Assembly: GCA_963720545.1 (NCBI GenBank)
Contig: OY970399.1
Location: 1,024,001-1,088,000, forward strand
Direction of reading: 5' to 3'
DNA from: an uncultured Acidobacteriota bacterium
GTDB taxonomy: Bacteria; Acidobacteriota; Vicinamibacteria; Fen-336
Length of the DNA stretch: 64,000 nt
A program made the position numbers and the translations under genes. Each line of letters opens with the position of its first letter. Position 1 is the stretch's first letter. Below the pieces are notes generated by a model. The model searched no databases and had not been told where the DNA came from. It saw only the letters and a list, made by a program, of their open reading frames with translations. Shown one piece after another: positions 32,805 to 44,552 of the stretch.

Positions 32805-34258
32805 GCCGTGCCCTCGCGATCGCACTGAGCCTCATCCTGTCGGGCGTGACCGCGGCGGCATCTGCCGCGCCGCAGGAGCCGCCCGCCGACCCGTCGCTCA
32901 AGGTGTCGGGCAAGGACGTGCCGCCGCCCAAGCGCGTCAAGATGACGCCACCCGTCTATCCGCCCGAAGCGCAGGCCCAGGGCATCCGCGGCATCGTCAT
33001 CATCGAGATCGTCATCGGCCCCGACGGCAAGGTGGCTTCGGCGCGCCTCATCCGCAGCATCCCCGGGCTCGACGAGGCGGCGCTCGACGCGGTGCGCCGC
33101 TGGGAGTACGAGGTGACGCGTGTCGACGGGCAGCCGGTAAAGGTGGTGCACACGGTGCCGATCACCTTCGCGCTGCGCCTGCCGGACGTCGAGCGGCAGG
33201 ACGGCGTGCCGGAACTGCGCGCGGGCGTGCTGCCGAAGGCGCCGCCGAATGCCGAGCGGCTGGGCAAGGCGGCGGTGCGCGCGCAGTTGACCGTCGAGCC
33301 CGACGGCCGCCTCAGCGACGCCGAGATCCTCGAGGGCGATCCGGCGCTTTCCGGGCCGGTGCTGGTGGCGCTCAACACGTGGCGCTTTGCCCCCGATCCG
33401 GAGGGCGCCACCGTCGTCTGCAAGCTGGTCGTCACCTTCGACCCGTCGGCGGGAGACGCCGCCAAGGTCGCCGTGCGCCTCGAGAGCCCGCGCAAGAGCC
33501 AGAGTGTCGCCGAGGCTGGTGCGGCGCCGGCCGCGCCATCACCCGCGGCTGCCGCGCCATCGCCCGCGGCTGCCGCGCCATCGCCCGCGGCGGCGCCGTC
33601 TTCGCCGGCAACGGCGCCCGCGGCGGCGCCTGCATCGGCACCATCCCCCGCCCCCGCAGGTCCGCAGCCGGTTCCGTCGGCGTCGCCCGCGGGCGTCCCG
33701 GTGGCGAGCACTACGCCGGCGCCGGCCGCCGCGCAGCCGTCGCCGTCGCCTATGCCACAGCCGGTGCCAGCGGCATCCGCGGTGCCTTCACCGGCCGCAC
33801 CAGCGCCCAGGGTTGCAGCCGGACCAACGCCCGCGCCCGTGCCCGCCACATCGCCGGCTCCGAAGGTGGCCACCGAGGTCATTTCCCAGCCGCCGCGCGC
33901 GGTGCTCGGTGCCGCGGCACCGCCGCCGCCGGCGGCTCCCGAGCAGGGCTTCTCGTCGATTCGCGACGTGACGCTCGGCCTCGGCGTTCCCGACCTCGTG
34001 AAGGGCCGCCGCCCGGTGGTGCCGCCGGTCGCGCGCATCAGCGGCGCCGAAGGCACGGTGCGCGTCGACTTCACCATCGATTCCGCCGGCCAGACGTCGG
34101 TGTCGCGCGTCGAGGGCGCCGACCTGCTGAAGGTCGCGGCGCAGCAGGCAGTGCAGTCGTGGGGCTTCAGGCGCACCACTCCCGAGCGCGTGGCGATGAC
34201 CGCGGAGTTCGTCTACAAGACCGACGCCGCCAGCGCGTCGGTGAAACCCCAGCAGTAA
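32801..34258 (+). CDS. Exported protein with three TonB C-terminal-like domains and a Pro/Ala linker
   Basis: Signal peptide; three repeats ending RRWEY, NTWRF, QSWGF; GTGA overlap with EF-G2. Confidence 0.78.
   Translation: MSRALAIALSLILSGVTAAASAAPQEPPADPSLKVSGKDVPPPKRVKMTPPVYPPEAQAQGIRGIVIIEIVIGPDGKVASARLIRSIPGLDEAALDAVRRWEYEVTRVDGQPVKVVHTVPITFALRLPDVERQDGVPELRAGVLPKAPPNAERLGKAAVRAQLTVEPDGRLSDAEILEGDPALSGPVLVALNTWRFAPDPEGATVVCKLVVTFDPSAGDAAKVAVRLESPRKSQSVAEAGAAPAAPSPAAAAPSPAAAAPSPAAAPSSPATAPAAAPASAPSPAPAGPQPVPSASPAGVPVASTTPAPAAAQPSPSPMPQPVPAASAVPSPAAPAPRVAAGPTPAPVPATSPAPKVATEVISQPPRAVLGAAAPPPPAAPEQGFSSIRDVTLGLGVPDLVKGRRPVVPPVARISGAEGTVRVDFTIDSAGQTSVSRVEGADLLKVAAQQAVQSWGFRRTTPERVAMTAEFVYKTDAASASVKPQQ
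33530..33592 (+). repeat. 3 x 21-bp in-frame tandem repeat (AAPSPAA)
   Basis: GCCGCGCCATCRCCCGCGGCK at 33530, 33551, 33572. Confidence 0.85.
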
Positions 34259-34264
34259 CAAGGC

Positions 34265-34294
34265 AAAACGGCCAGCGCGTGGGGCGCTGGCCGT
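34265..34294 (-). terminator. Probable terminator of the alpha operon
   Basis: ACGGCCAGCGC-N5-GCGCTGGCCGT followed by a short T tract on the minus strand. Confidence 0.65.
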
Positions 34295-34329
34295 CTGGGT
34301 GCGGCGAAGCGGGAGCGCGGCGCGCCTGG

Positions 34330-34838
34330 CTACTCGGCTGCTTCCGCGGCCGCCTTTTTGCCGCGAGCGGCCTTCTTCTTCGGGGCGTCCGTCGCAGCGG
34401 TGTCCTTGTCCTCGGCCTTGCCGCCCTTGGCTTTGGTTCCAGCCTTGGCCTTGTCTTCCTTGCCCTTGCCGGGGTCGAACTCGGAGCCGAGCAGCTCGAC
34501 GATCGCCATCTCGGCGCCGTCGCCGCGGCGCGGGCCGAGGCGCAGGATGCGGGTGTAGCCGCCGGCGCGGCCGCTGAAGCGCGCGCCGAGCGTGTCGAAC
34601 AGCTTGCTGACGACGCGCGGGTCGCGCACCTTGCGCAGCACCAGGCGGCGCGCGTGCAGCTTGTTCTCCTCGCGCTTCGCGATGGTGATGAGCTTCTCGG
34701 TGTACGGCCGCAACTCCTTGGCCTTCATCAAGGTGGTGCGGATGCGCTCTTTCTCGAGCAGCGCCGTCGCCAGGTTGCGGAGCATGGCGAGGCGGTGCGA
34801 CGAGGTGCGGCCGAGCTTGCGATGCGCGACGCCGTGCC

Positions 34839-34842
<4 letters not shown>
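34330..34842 (-). CDS. rplQ: 50S ribosomal protein L17 with Lys/Ala tail
   Basis: [17 protein letters not shown]...GGYTRI. Confidence 0.96.
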
Positions 34843-35825
<983 letters not shown>

Positions 35826-35900
35826 TCTTTCTTGGCTCCTTACGTGGGAGGCCGCCGGCGCGCCCCGCCGCTGCGGGCCGCTGCTCGGTGCGCTCCGGTA

Positions 35901-36548
35901 CTACTTGGAGTACAGCTCGACGATGAGCTGTTCCTGGATCGGGAAATTGATGTCGTCGCGCGCTGGCAGGCCGATGACCTTGCCCTTGAGCGCGGCATGA
36001 TCGAGTTCGAGCCACTTCGGCACGCCGCGGCCCTTGGCGGAATCGACCGCCGCCTGCACCAGCGCGTTCTTCGCGGCGCCGGCCGACAGCGAGACCACGT
36101 CGCCCTGGCGCACCTGGTAGGACGGGATGTTGACCTTCTTCTCGTTCACCAGCACGTTGCCGTGGCGCACCAGCTGGCGCGCGGCGGCCTGCGAGGCGCC
36201 GAAGCCGAGGCGGTAGACCACGGTGCACAGCCGCCGCTCGAGCTTCTGCAGCAGCAGCTCGCCGACCACGCCCTTCTCGCGCGCGGCCTTCTGGAAGGTG
36301 AGCGCGAACTGCCCCTCGAGCATGCCGTAGAGGCGCTTCACCTTCTGCTTCTCGCGCATCTGCAGGCCGTAGCCCTGCGGCTTCGACTTGGGACGGCCGT
36401 TCTTGCCGCCGCCCTTGCCGTGCTGCCCGGGCGCGTAGTTGCGCTTCTCGATGGCGCACTTCTCGGTGAAGCAGCGGTCGCCCTTGAGGAACAGCTTCAT
36501 GCCCTCGCGGCGGCACAGACGACAGACGGAACCAACGTACCTGGCCAA
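35901..36548 (-). CDS. rpsD: 30S ribosomal protein S4 (Cys-containing type; TTG start)
   Basis: CRLCRREG...EKQK...VELYSK. Confidence 0.97.
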   Translation of the reverse strand: MARYVGSVCRLCRREGMKLFLKGDRCFTEKCAIEKRNYAPGQHGKGGGKNGRPKSKPQGYGLQMREKQKVKRLYGMLEGQFALTFQKAAREKGVVGELLLQKLERRLCTVVYRLGFGASQAAARQLVRHGNVLVNEKKVNIPSYQVRQGDVVSLSAGAAKNALVQAAVDSAKGRGVPKWLELDHAALKGKVIGLPARDDINFPIQEQLIVELYSK

Positions 36549-36561
36549 GAAATCTTCTCCG

Positions 36562-37017
36562 TTACACGCGGCGGCGCTTGGGCGGCCGGCAACCGTTGTG
36601 GGGAATGGGGGTGACGTCCCTGATGGACTTGATCTCGACGCCCGCAGCCTGCAGCGCGCGGATCGCCGACTCGCGGCCGCTGCCCGGGCCCTTGACGCGG
36701 ATGTCGAGCGAGCGCAGGCCGTGGTCCTTGGCGACGTTCGCGGCGGTGGTCGCGGCCTGCTGGGCGGCGAAGGGCGTGCCCTTGCGCGAACCCTTGAAGC
36801 CGAGCGAACCAGACGACGACCAGGCGACGACCTGGCCTTCCTGGTCGGCGATCGTCACCTGGGTGTTGTTGAACGAGGCGTGGATGTGGGCGATGCCGTG
36901 AACGAGGTGGCGGCGCTCCTTCTTGCCCTTCTTGCCCGAGGACGCGGGCTTGGCCGGCGTCGGCGCCGCGCCGGTGGCTGCTGCTGGTGTTGCTGCGGTC
37001 GGTGTGGTGGTTGACAT
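36562..37017 (-). CDS. rpsK: 30S ribosomal protein S11
   Basis: [22 protein letters not shown]. Confidence 0.97.
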   Translation of the reverse strand: MSTTTPTAATPAAATGAAPTPAKPASSGKKGKKERRHLVHGIAHIHASFNNTQVTIADQEGQVVAWSSSGSLGFKGSRKGTPFAAQQAATTAANVAKDHGLRSLDIRVKGPGSGRESAIRALQAAGVEIKSIRDVTPIPHNGCRPPKRRRV

Positions 37018-37029
37018 TCCTGGCCTTGG

Positions 37030-37416
37030 TTACGACGCCTTGGGCGCGACCGGCTTGGAACGCTGCACGGTGCGGCGCGGTCCCTTGCGCGTGCGCGCGT
37101 TGGTGTGGGTGCGCTGGCCGCGCACCGGCAGGCTGCGGCGATGCCGCGCGCCGCGATACGAGCCGATTTCCATCAGGCGCTTGATGTTGAGCGAGATCTC
37201 CTTGCGCAGGTCGCCTTCGACGCTGCCCTGGGCCTCGATTACCTTCTGGATGCGGCTCACTTCTTCCTCGGACAGGTCCTTGACCCGCACGGTGCGATCG
37301 ATGCCGGCCTCGCCGAGAATGCGGCCGCTGCGATGCACGCCGATCCCGTAAATGTAGGTGAGGGCCACCTCGACGCGCTTCCCGCGCGGCAGGTCGACGC
37401 CCGCGACACGTGCCAT
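37030..37416 (-). CDS. rpsM: 30S ribosomal protein S13
   Basis: [19 protein letters not shown]. Confidence 0.97.
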   Translation of the reverse strand: MARVAGVDLPRGKRVEVALTYIYGIGVHRSGRILGEAGIDRTVRVKDLSEEEVSRIQKVIEAQGSVEGDLRKEISLNIKRLMEIGSYRGARHRRSLPVRGQRTHTNARTRKGPRRTVQRSKPVAPKAS

Positions 37417-37419
37417 TCC

Positions 37420-37533
37420 TTAACCCTGCCTCTGCTTGTGTTTCTGGTTGGCGCACACGATCCGCACGACGCCGGAACGGCGCACAACCTTGCACTTCAC
37501 ACAGATCTTCTTGACGGACGACCTGACTTTCAC
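37420..37533 (-). CDS. rpmJ: 50S ribosomal protein L36 (absent from the ORF track)
   Basis: GTG start; [37 protein letters not shown]. Confidence 0.95.
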   Translation of the reverse strand: MKVRSSVKKICVKCKVVRRSGVVRIVCANQKHKQRQG

Positions 37534-37620
37534 GCTGCTCCCCTGGAAATCGAAAGGAAAGTTGGAGCCCCGCAGGACTCAACGCGGCGTCTCGCCGCAA
37601 AACCTAGAGTATACATCACT

Positions 37621-37863
37621 TCAAGCTTTTTTTCGGACCACGCGGCCCCGGCTGTGGTCGTACGGCATCAGCTCGACTTCGACCCGGTCGCCCACCCGCA
37701 GCCGGAGGTTGGAAGACCCGGCATTGAGGTGCACCTGCACCTGCGCTCCCCCGCCTTCGGCCCCCAGACCCGCCCAGAAGAGCCCATTTGGCAAGGTTTC
37801 GAGGATCCGGGCTTCGAGCGTGACGGGCAGGCCGGCGGGACCAGGGGTCCGGCTCGGCGCCAT
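37621..37863 (-). CDS. infA: Translation initiation factor IF-1-like protein (divergent)
   Basis: ETLPNG...GDRVEVELMPYD..RGRV; syntenic position. Confidence 0.7.
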   Translation of the reverse strand: MAPSRTPGPAGLPVTLEARILETLPNGLFWAGLGAEGGGAQVQVHLNAGSSNLRLRVGDRVEVELMPYDHSRGRVVRKKA

Positions 37864-38537
37864 CAGTCGCCCCGTCCGATCCGGTCGAGGATCTGCTGGT
37901 ACACGTCGTCCACGTTGCCGGTCGCGTCGATGCGATGGAAGCGCGGGCTGGCGCCGTAGAAATCGATGAGCGGCGAGGTGCGCAGCTCGTATTCCTCGAG
38001 GCGGCGCGCCACCGCTTCCTCGGCGTCGTCGTCGCGCTGGAACAGGTCGGCGCCCTCGCGATCGCACTTGCCCGCGACCTTCGGCGGCTTCGAGTCGATG
38101 TGGTAGGTCGACTGGCAGACCGGGCACCAGCGGCGTCCCGAAAGCCGCCGCAGCACTTCCTCCTTCGGCAGCACGAACAGCACCACGTCGTCGTTGTTGC
38201 GTGAGCCGCCGTTCATGCGCACGAACGCCTCGGCCTGGCCGACGGTGCGCGGGAAGCCGTCGAGCAGCACGCCCTTCTGCGCGTCTTCTTCCTTCAGGCG
38301 TTCGCCGATGAGGCCGATGAGCAGCTCGTCCGGCACCAGCCGGCCGCGCTCCATGAGGGGTGCCGCCTGCCGCCCCAGCTCGGTGCCGGCGGCGACCGCC
38401 TCGCGCAGGATGTCGCCGGTCGAAATCCGCGGTATGCCGAGGTGCGCGGCGACGCGCACCGCCTGGGTGCCCTTGCCGGCACCAGGCGGTCCGAGAAAGA
38501 TGATCCGGGCGGGCCCGGAACTGCTACCGCCGGCCAC
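37863..38537 (-). CDS. adk: Adenylate kinase
   Basis: GPPGAGKGTQA, STGDILR, LLDGFPRT. Confidence 0.96.
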   Translation of the reverse strand: MAGGSSSGPARIIFLGPPGAGKGTQAVRVAAHLGIPRISTGDILREAVAAGTELGRQAAPLMERGRLVPDELLIGLIGERLKEEDAQKGVLLDGFPRTVGQAEAFVRMNGGSRNNDDVVLFVLPKEEVLRRLSGRRWCPVCQSTYHIDSKPPKVAGKCDREGADLFQRDDDAEEAVARRLEEYELRTSPLIDFYGASPRFHRIDATGNVDDVYQQILDRIGRGD

Positions 38538-39936
38538 GAATGCGCCGGCCGCTACCGGCGAAACCGTCGTAGTGGCGCATCACCAGCTGCGCCTCGACCT
38601 GCGACACGGTGTCCATCGCGACGCCGACGACGATCAGCAGCGAGGTGCCGCCGAAGAAGAAGTTGAGGTGCAGGCCCTCGGTGATCCAGCCGAGGCCGTT
38701 GTTGGTGAGGAAGGCGTCGAGCGGCGCGCCGATCACCGGGATCGGCGCCACCTTGAAGCCGGCCATCAGGAACTCGGGCAGCAGCGCGACCAGCGCCAGG
38801 TAGATGGCGCCGCCGAAGGTGATGCGGCCGAGGATGTGGTCGAGGTATTCGGCGGTCTTCTTGCCGGGACGGATGCCAGGGACGAAGCCGCCGTACTTGC
38901 GCATGTTCTCGGCGACGTCGTCGGGGTTGAAGACGATCGACGTGTAGAAGTAGCAGAAGAAGATGATGAAGGAGACGTACAGCAGGTTGTAGAGCGGCAT
39001 GCCCCACTGCAGCTGCTCGAACACCGACGCCATCCAGCCGGTGTGGTTGTCGCCGCGCAGCATCTGCGTGATCGTCTGCGGGAAGGCGATGATGGAGGAG
39101 GCGAAGATCACCGGGATCACGCCCGAGGTGTTGACGCGCAGCGGCAGGTGCGTCGAGGTGCCGCCGTACATGCGCCGCCCGACCACGCGCTTCGCGTATT
39201 GCACGGTGATGCGCCGCTGGCCGCGCTCCACGAACACGATCGCGGCCACCACCAGGAACATCATGGCGAGCAGCAGCAGCGCCGCGATGATGCTGAGCTC
39301 GTTGCGGCGGATCATGTCGATGGTGCTGAACAGCGCGTGCGGGAAGCCGGCGACGATGCCGGCGAAGATCAGCAGGCTCATGCCGTTGCCGATGCCGCGC
39401 TCGGTGATCTGCTCGCCCAGCCACATGATGAAGGCGGTGCCGGTGGTGAGCGTCAGCACCGTCAGTGCCGTGAAGCCCCAGCCGGGGCGCTCGACGATGC
39501 GGTACTGCGCGCTCAGGGTCAGGCTCTCGAGGTAGCGGGCGATCGCCAGCGACTGCACGATCGAGAGCAGCACCGTGCCGTAGCGCGTCCACTGCGTGAT
39601 CTTGCGCCGGCCCAGCTCGCCTTCCTTGGAGATGCGCTCGAGCGTCGGCCACACCACCGTGAGGATCTGCAGGATGATCGAAGCCGAGATGTACGGCATG
39701 ATGCCGAGCGCGAAGATCGTGACCTTCGAGAGGTTGCCGCCGGAGAACATGTCGACGAGCCCGAACCAGTTGCCCTGGTTCTGCTGGAAGAAGTCGACGA
39801 GCGCCTTGGCGTTGATGCCGGGCGTCGGGATGTGGTAGCCGAGGCGGTACACCGCCAGCAGGCCGAGCGTGAACAGCACCCGCTTGCGCAGGTCGGGAAT
39901 TTCCCAGATGTTCTTGAGGCTCTGCACGATCTGCAT
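38524..39936 (-). CDS. secY: Preprotein translocase subunit SecY
   Basis: LGIMPYISASII, GIGNG, PGIRPG, GGTSLLI. Confidence 0.98.
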   Translation of the reverse strand: MQIVQSLKNIWEIPDLRKRVLFTLGLLAVYRLGYHIPTPGINAKALVDFFQQNQGNWFGLVDMFSGGNLSKVTIFALGIMPYISASIILQILTVVWPTLERISKEGELGRRKITQWTRYGTVLLSIVQSLAIARYLESLTLSAQYRIVERPGWGFTALTVLTLTTGTAFIMWLGEQITERGIGNGMSLLIFAGIVAGFPHALFSTIDMIRRNELSIIAALLLLAMMFLVVAAIVFVERGQRRITVQYAKRVVGRRMYGGTSTHLPLRVNTSGVIPVIFASSIIAFPQTITQMLRGDNHTGWMASVFEQLQWGMPLYNLLYVSFIIFFCYFYTSIVFNPDDVAENMRKYGGFVPGIRPGKKTAEYLDHILGRITFGGAIYLALVALLPEFLMAGFKVAPIPVIGAPLDAFLTNNGLGWITEGLHLNFFFGGTSLLIVVGVAMDTVSQVEAQLVMRHYDGFAGSGRRIRGRR

Positions 39937-39938
39937 CG

Positions 39939-40388
39939 CTAGCCCTCGATGATTTCGGTCTTGCCGCCGGCTTTCGCGATGCGCTCGGTCGCGCCCGCGC
40001 TGAACTTGTGGGCCTTCACGGTGAGGGCCTTGGTGAGGTCGCCCTTGCCGAGGACCTTGACCCCCTCGCGCAGGTTCTTGATCAGGCCCTTCTCGACCAG
40101 CGACTCGGGCGTGACGATGGCGCCCGCCTCGAACGTCTCGAGGCTGCCGAGGTTGACGAGCACGTAGCGCTTGCGGAACGGCTCGTTGCTGAAGCCGCGC
40201 TTCGGCACGCGCCGGTGCAGCGGCATCTGGCCGCCCTCGAAGCCGATCTTGCGCCCGTAGCCGCTGCGGCTCTTCTGGCCTTTCTCACCGCGGCCGGACG
40301 TCTTGCCCAGGCCGCTGCCCGGACCGCGGCCCACGCGCTTGCGCTCGCGGACGCTGCCCTTGGCGGGTTTGAGGTTGTGCAGACCCAT
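39939..40388 (-). CDS. rplO: 50S ribosomal protein L15
   Basis: [15 protein letters not shown]. Confidence 0.97.
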   Translation of the reverse strand: MGLHNLKPAKGSVRERKRVGRGPGSGLGKTSGRGEKGQKSRSGYGRKIGFEGGQMPLHRRVPKRGFSNEPFRKRYVLVNLGSLETFEAGAIVTPESLVEKGLIKNLREGVKVLGKGDLTKALTVKAHKFSAGATERIAKAGGKTEIIEG

Positions 40389-40418
40389 GATTTCGTTCCT
40401 CTTCCGTGGCTTCTTGCG

Positions 40419-40622
40419 CTAGTCCGTGATCGCGACGAGGTGGGGCACCTTGCGCACCATGCCGCGGATCTCCACGGTGTCCATCCGCTCCACCACCTGG
40501 TGCATGCGGCGCAGGCCGAGGCCGCGCACGGTTGCGCGCTGGCTGTCGGTGCAGCCGATGACGCTGCCCACCATCTTGATCTTGAGGGTCTTGCCCGACG
40601 GGCTCTTGCCGGTCTTGCTCAT
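40419..40622 (-). CDS. rpmD: 50S ribosomal protein L30
   Basis: SVIG...LGLRR...GMVRKV. Confidence 0.93.
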   Translation of the reverse strand: MSKTGKSPSGKTLKIKMVGSVIGCTDSQRATVRGLGLRRMHQVVERMDTVEIRGMVRKVPHLVAITD

Positions 40623-41173
40623 GCCTGGGCCGCCTTCTCCTTCTTCTTCTTCTCGGCGGGCGCGAAGTCCGCCAGTTCCTTGCCGCGCAGACGCGCCACG
40701 CGCTCGGGCGGGCGCAGCCCGGTGAGCGCTTCCATGGTCGCCTTCACCACGTTGTGCGCGGTGGTGCTGCCGAGGCTCTTGGTGAGGATGTTCTGGATGC
40801 CGGCCGCGGTGATGACGGCGCGCACCGCGCCGCCGGCGATGACGCCGGTGCCTTCGGACGCCGGCCGCAGCATCACGCGGCCGGAACCGAAGCGGCCGGT
40901 GATGGCGTGCGGGATGGTGCTGCCCTTGTCGGTGATCGGCACGCGCACGATGTTCTTCTTCGCCGCCTCGATGCCCTTCTTGATGGCCGCCGAGACTTCG
41001 CGCGCCTTGCCCATGCCGTAGCCGACATGCCCGCCGCCGTCGCCCACCACCACCAGCGCGCTGAACGACAGGTTCTTGCCGCCCTTCACGACCTTGGTGA
41101 CGCGGTTGATCCCGACCACCTGGTCCTTGAGGTCCAGGCCCGAGATGTCGATCTTTTCGATAAGTGGCTTCAT
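40619..41173 (-). CDS. rpsE: 30S ribosomal protein S5
   Basis: [18 protein letters not shown]. Confidence 0.97.
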   Translation of the reverse strand: MKPLIEKIDISGLDLKDQVVGINRVTKVVKGGKNLSFSALVVVGDGGGHVGYGMGKAREVSAAIKKGIEAAKKNIVRVPITDKGSTIPHAITGRFGSGRVMLRPASEGTGVIAGGAVRAVITAAGIQNILTKSLGSTTAHNVVKATMEALTGLRPPERVARLRGKELADFAPAEKKKKEKAAQA

Positions 41174-41194
41174 TCTTGCCTCAGTGACGTCTGC

Positions 41195-41554
41195 CTAGAA
41201 CTTGAGGCCGCCCTCACGGGCGGCGTCGGCGAGGGCCTTGATGCGGCCGTGATACTGGAACCCGCCGCGGTCGAAGACCACGCGGTCGACGCCCTTGGCC
41301 TTGGCGCGCTCCGCGATGAGCGTGCCGACTTCCTTGGCGGCGGCGATGTTGGCGCCGCTCTTGGCCTTGAAGTCCTTGTCCACCGACGACGCGTGGCAGA
41401 CGGTCTTGCCGGCGAGGTCGTCGATGACCTGGGCGTAGATGTGCGCCTGGCTGCGGAACACGGCGAGGCGCGGACGCGCATCGCTGCCGGAAAGGCTCTT
41501 GCGGATGCGGCGGTGCAGCCGCAGCCTGGTCTCTTCCTTGGTTCTGACGCTCAC
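41195..41554 (-). CDS. rplR: 50S ribosomal protein L18
   Basis: [18 protein letters not shown]. Confidence 0.97.
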   Translation of the reverse strand: MSVRTKEETRLRLHRRIRKSLSGSDARPRLAVFRSQAHIYAQVIDDLAGKTVCHASSVDKDFKAKSGANIAAAKEVGTLIAERAKAKGVDRVVFDRGGFQYHGRIKALADAAREGGLKF

Positions 41555-41555
41555 C

Positions 41556-42107
41556 TTACTTCGCTCCTCCGGTGGCCCCGGCCTTGCCTGCCTTCTTCTT
41601 CAGGACTTCGCCCATGTAGCGGATGCCCTTCTGCTTGTACGGATCGGGCTTGCGCAGCCTGCGGATCTCGGCCGCCACCTGGCCCACCTGCTGGCGGTCG
41701 TTGCCGCTCACCACGATATGGGTCTGCTTGTCGATCGCGATCTTGATGCCCTCGGGCACCTTGAATTCCACCGGGTGCGAGTAGCCGAGCGCAAACACCA
41801 CCTTGCCGCCCTCGACCGCCGCGCGGTAGCCGACGCCGACGATGTCGAGCTCGCGCGAGAAGCCGGTGGTGACGCCGGTGACCGCGTTCTGCGCCAGCGC
41901 GCGTGCCAGGCCGTGGAAGGCGCGCACCTGGCGCTCCTCGTTCTTGCGGCTGCACAGGAGCTCGGCGCCCTGCACCTCGAACGAGATGCCGGGCGGGATC
42001 GGGCTCTGCAGCTTGCCCTTCGGTCCCTGCACCTCGAGCATCTCGGCCGAGATCCGGATCTTGACGTCCTTGGGGACGACTATTGGCTTCTTGCCGACGC
42101 GCGACAT
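41556..42107 (-). CDS. rplF: 50S ribosomal protein L6
   Basis: [17 protein letters not shown]. Confidence 0.97.
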   Translation of the reverse strand: MSRVGKKPIVVPKDVKIRISAEMLEVQGPKGKLQSPIPPGISFEVQGAELLCSRKNEERQVRAFHGLARALAQNAVTGVTTGFSRELDIVGVGYRAAVEGGKVVFALGYSHPVEFKVPEGIKIAIDKQTHIVVSGNDRQQVGQVAAEIRRLRKPDPYKQKGIRYMGEVLKKKAGKAGATGGAK

Positions 42108-42122
42108 TTTGCTAGTGCTCCC

Positions 42123-42521
42123 TTACCAGACGTTGCAGAGGATCTCGCCACCGACGCCTTCGCGCGCCGCCGTGCGCCCGGTCATGACGCCGCGCGAGGT
42201 CGAGAGGATGTTGATGCCGAGACCGCCGTAAACGCGCGGGATGGCGTCCTTGCCGCAGTAGATGCGGCAGCCGGGACGGCTGACGCGTTCCACCTGGTTG
42301 ATGATGCGCTCGCTGCCCGGGCCGTACTTCAGGAACACGCGCAGCGTGTTCTTGCCGTCGTCCTCGCCAAGCCGGAAGTTCGCGACGTAGCCCTCGTCCT
42401 TGAGGATCTTCGCGATTTCCACCTTGAGGTGCGACGACGGCATGTCCACCTTCGCGAGGTTGGCGCGGACCCCGTTGCGGATCCGGGTGAGCATGTCGGC
42501 GACTGGGTCGGTCATGTTCAT
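42123..42521 (-). CDS. rpsH: 30S ribosomal protein S8
   Basis: DPVADMLTRIRN, SRPG, GGE. Confidence 0.97.
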   Translation of the reverse strand: MNMTDPVADMLTRIRNGVRANLAKVDMPSSHLKVEIAKILKDEGYVANFRLGEDDGKNTLRVFLKYGPGSERIINQVERVSRPGCRIYCGKDAIPRVYGGLGINILSTSRGVMTGRTAAREGVGGEILCNVW

Positions 42522-42534
42522 TGCAGGCGCCTCC

Positions 42535-42720
42535 CTACCAGCTGGCCTTGATGACGCCGGGAATCTCGCCGGCGAGGGCGTTCTTGCGGAAGCAGATGCG
42601 GCACATCTGGAACTTCCGGATGTAGGCCCGCGGCCGGCCGCACTGGCGGCACCGCGTGTACTTGCGCACTGCGAACTTCGGCGTTCGCTGGGCCTTGGCG
42701 ATAAGCGAAAGCTTGGCCAC
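42535..42720 (-). CDS. rpsN: 30S ribosomal protein S14, zinc-binding type Z
   Basis: RCRQCGRP...CRICFR, 61 aa. Confidence 0.96.
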   Translation of the reverse strand: MAKLSLIAKAQRTPKFAVRKYTRCRQCGRPRAYIRKFQMCRICFRKNALAGEIPGVIKASW

Positions 42721-42729
42721 GTTCTCTCC

Positions 42730-43272
42730 CTATTGTCTGAACGGCATGCCCAGGTAGCGCAGCAGCGTCCTGGACTCTTCGTCGGTTCGTGCCGACGTCA
42801 CGAAGGTCACGTTCATTCCGCGGAGCTTGTCGACCTTGGCGTAGTCGATCTCCGTGAAGATGATCTGGTCCGGCAGGCCGAGCGTGTAGCTGCCGCGGCC
42901 GTCGAACGAGTTGGGCGGCACGCCGCGGAAGTCGCGCACGCGCGGCAATGCGATGTTCACCAGCCGGTCGACGAACTCGTACATGCGGTCGCCGCGCAGC
43001 GTCACCGCGGCTGCGATCGGCATGCCCTTGCGCAGCTTGAAGGCGGCGATCGACTTCTTCGAACGGCGCAGCGCCGGCTTCTGGCCGGCAATGCGGCCGA
43101 GCTCGTCCATGGCCGCGTCCAGCAGCTTGATGTTCTGCGTGGCTTCGCCGACGCCCATGTTGAGCACCACCTTGCGCAGCTTCGGCACCGCCATGACGTT
43201 CGGGTACTTCTGCTCCTTGAGCAGGCGGGGCACGATTTCCTTGACGTAGGTTTCCTTGAGGCGCGCGGTCAT
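42730..43272 (-). CDS. rplE: 50S ribosomal protein L5
   Basis: [16 protein letters not shown]. Confidence 0.97.
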   Translation of the reverse strand: MTARLKETYVKEIVPRLLKEQKYPNVMAVPKLRKVVLNMGVGEATQNIKLLDAAMDELGRIAGQKPALRRSKKSIAAFKLRKGMPIAAAVTLRGDRMYEFVDRLVNIALPRVRDFRGVPPNSFDGRGSYTLGLPDQIIFTEIDYAKVDKLRGMNVTFVTSARTDEESRTLLRYLGMPFRQ

Positions 43273-43284
43273 TGGTTCCTTCCC

Positions 43285-43647
43285 CTACTTGCCCAGCGTC
43301 CCGCCGCACTTGCGGCAGACACGCGACTTGGCGCCGTCGGCGTCGGCCTTCCAGCCGATGCGGGTGCGCTTGTTGCACTCGGGGCAGACGATCTGCACGT
43401 TCGAGACGTGGATCGAGGCCTCGCGCTCGGCGATGCCGCCCTTGATCTTGCGCGTCGGGTTGGGCTTGGTGTGCTTCTTCACGAAGTTCACGCCCTGGAC
43501 GATGACGCGGTTCTTGGTCGGCAGGATCTCGAGGACCTTGCCGCGCTTGGCGGGATCCGCGTCCTTGCCGGCGATCACCTCGACGAGGTCGCCCTTGACG
43601 AGGCGGATGCGGTGCCGCTCGGGAGCCTGATGTCTGATGCGGGCCAT
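43285..43647 (-). CDS. rplX: 50S ribosomal protein L24
   Basis: KGDLVEVIAGKD, IHVSNV. Confidence 0.96.
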   Translation of the reverse strand: MARIRHQAPERHRIRLVKGDLVEVIAGKDADPAKRGKVLEILPTKNRVIVQGVNFVKKHTKPNPTRKIKGGIAEREASIHVSNVQIVCPECNKRTRIGWKADADGAKSRVCRKCGGTLGK

Positions 43648-43651
43648 GGCC

Positions 43652-44026
43652 TTAAAGGACCTCCGGCGCGAGCGAAACGATCTTCATGAACTTGCGCTCG
43701 CGCAGTTCGCGGGCCACCGGCCCGAAGACGCGCGTGCCCACGGGCTCGCCGGCTTCGTTGATGAGCACCGCGGCGTTGGTGTCGAAGCGGATGTAGCTGC
43801 CGTCGCGGCGGCGCTGTTCCTTGCGCACGCGCACGATCACGGCCTTCACCACCTTGCCCTTTTTCACCGGTTCCGGCGCTTCCGGCGCCGACTCCTTGAC
43901 GTTGGCGGTGATGATGTCGCCGAGCCGCGCGTAGCGGCCGGTGGCGTTGCCGAGCGGCAGGATGCAGGAGATCTTGCGGGCGCCGGAGTTGTCGGCGACC
44001 TCGAGGACGGTGCGCATCTGGATCAT
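43652..44026 (-). CDS. rplN: 50S ribosomal protein L14
   Basis: [22 protein letters not shown]. Confidence 0.97.
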   Translation of the reverse strand: MIQMRTVLEVADNSGARKISCILPLGNATGRYARLGDIITANVKESAPEAPEPVKKGKVVKAVIVRVRKEQRRRDGSYIRFDTNAAVLINEAGEPVGTRVFGPVARELRERKFMKIVSLAPEVL

Positions 44027-44044
44027 GGTCTTGTCCCCTCCCGC

Positions 44045-44341
44045 CTAGGCGTTCACGGCGCGGTCTTCGTCGCGCGCGCCGGTGGTGGTGAGGACTTCCT
44101 CGACGCGCCAGCGCTTCAGCTTGCTGAGCGGGCGGGTCTCGACGATGCGCACGGTGTCGCCCTTGCGGGCGCCGTGCTCGTCGTGGGCCATGAAGGTGGA
44201 GGTGCGGCGGATGCGCTTGTTGTACATGGGATGGCGCACCAGGCGCTCGACGGCGACCACGACGGTCTTGGTCATCTTCGCGCTGGTGACGATGCCCACC
44301 TTCTCGTTGCGGCGGCGCTTCGGATCGGCTTTGGCTTCCAT
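44045..44341 (-). CDS. rpsQ: 30S ribosomal protein S17
   Basis: [15 protein letters not shown]. Confidence 0.96.
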   Translation of the reverse strand: MEAKADPKRRRNEKVGIVTSAKMTKTVVVAVERLVRHPMYNKRIRRTSTFMAHDEHGARKGDTVRIVETRPLSKLKRWRVEEVLTTTGARDEDRAVNA

Positions 44342-44351
44342 TTCGTCCTCT

Positions 44352-44552
44352 TTACGGCTTTGCGGCCGTCTGCTTCTGGCGCAGCACGGTCTTGATCCGG
44401 GCGATGTCCCGGCGGGTGTCGCGGATCTTGATGCCCGAGTCGAGCTGGCCGATGGCCTTCGACAGGCGCAGCTTGAAGAGTTGCTCGGCGAGCTCCTTCT
44501 CCTTGCCCTTCAGTTCTTCGACGTTCAGTTCGCGGACCTTCGCGGGCTTCAC
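44352..44552 (-). CDS. rpmC: 50S ribosomal protein L29
   Basis: LFKLR...[12 protein letters not shown] start overlapping the rplP stop. Confidence 0.93.
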   Translation of the reverse strand: MKPAKVRELNVEELKGKEKELAEQLFKLRLSKAIGQLDSGIKIRDTRRDIARIKTVLRQKQTAAKP

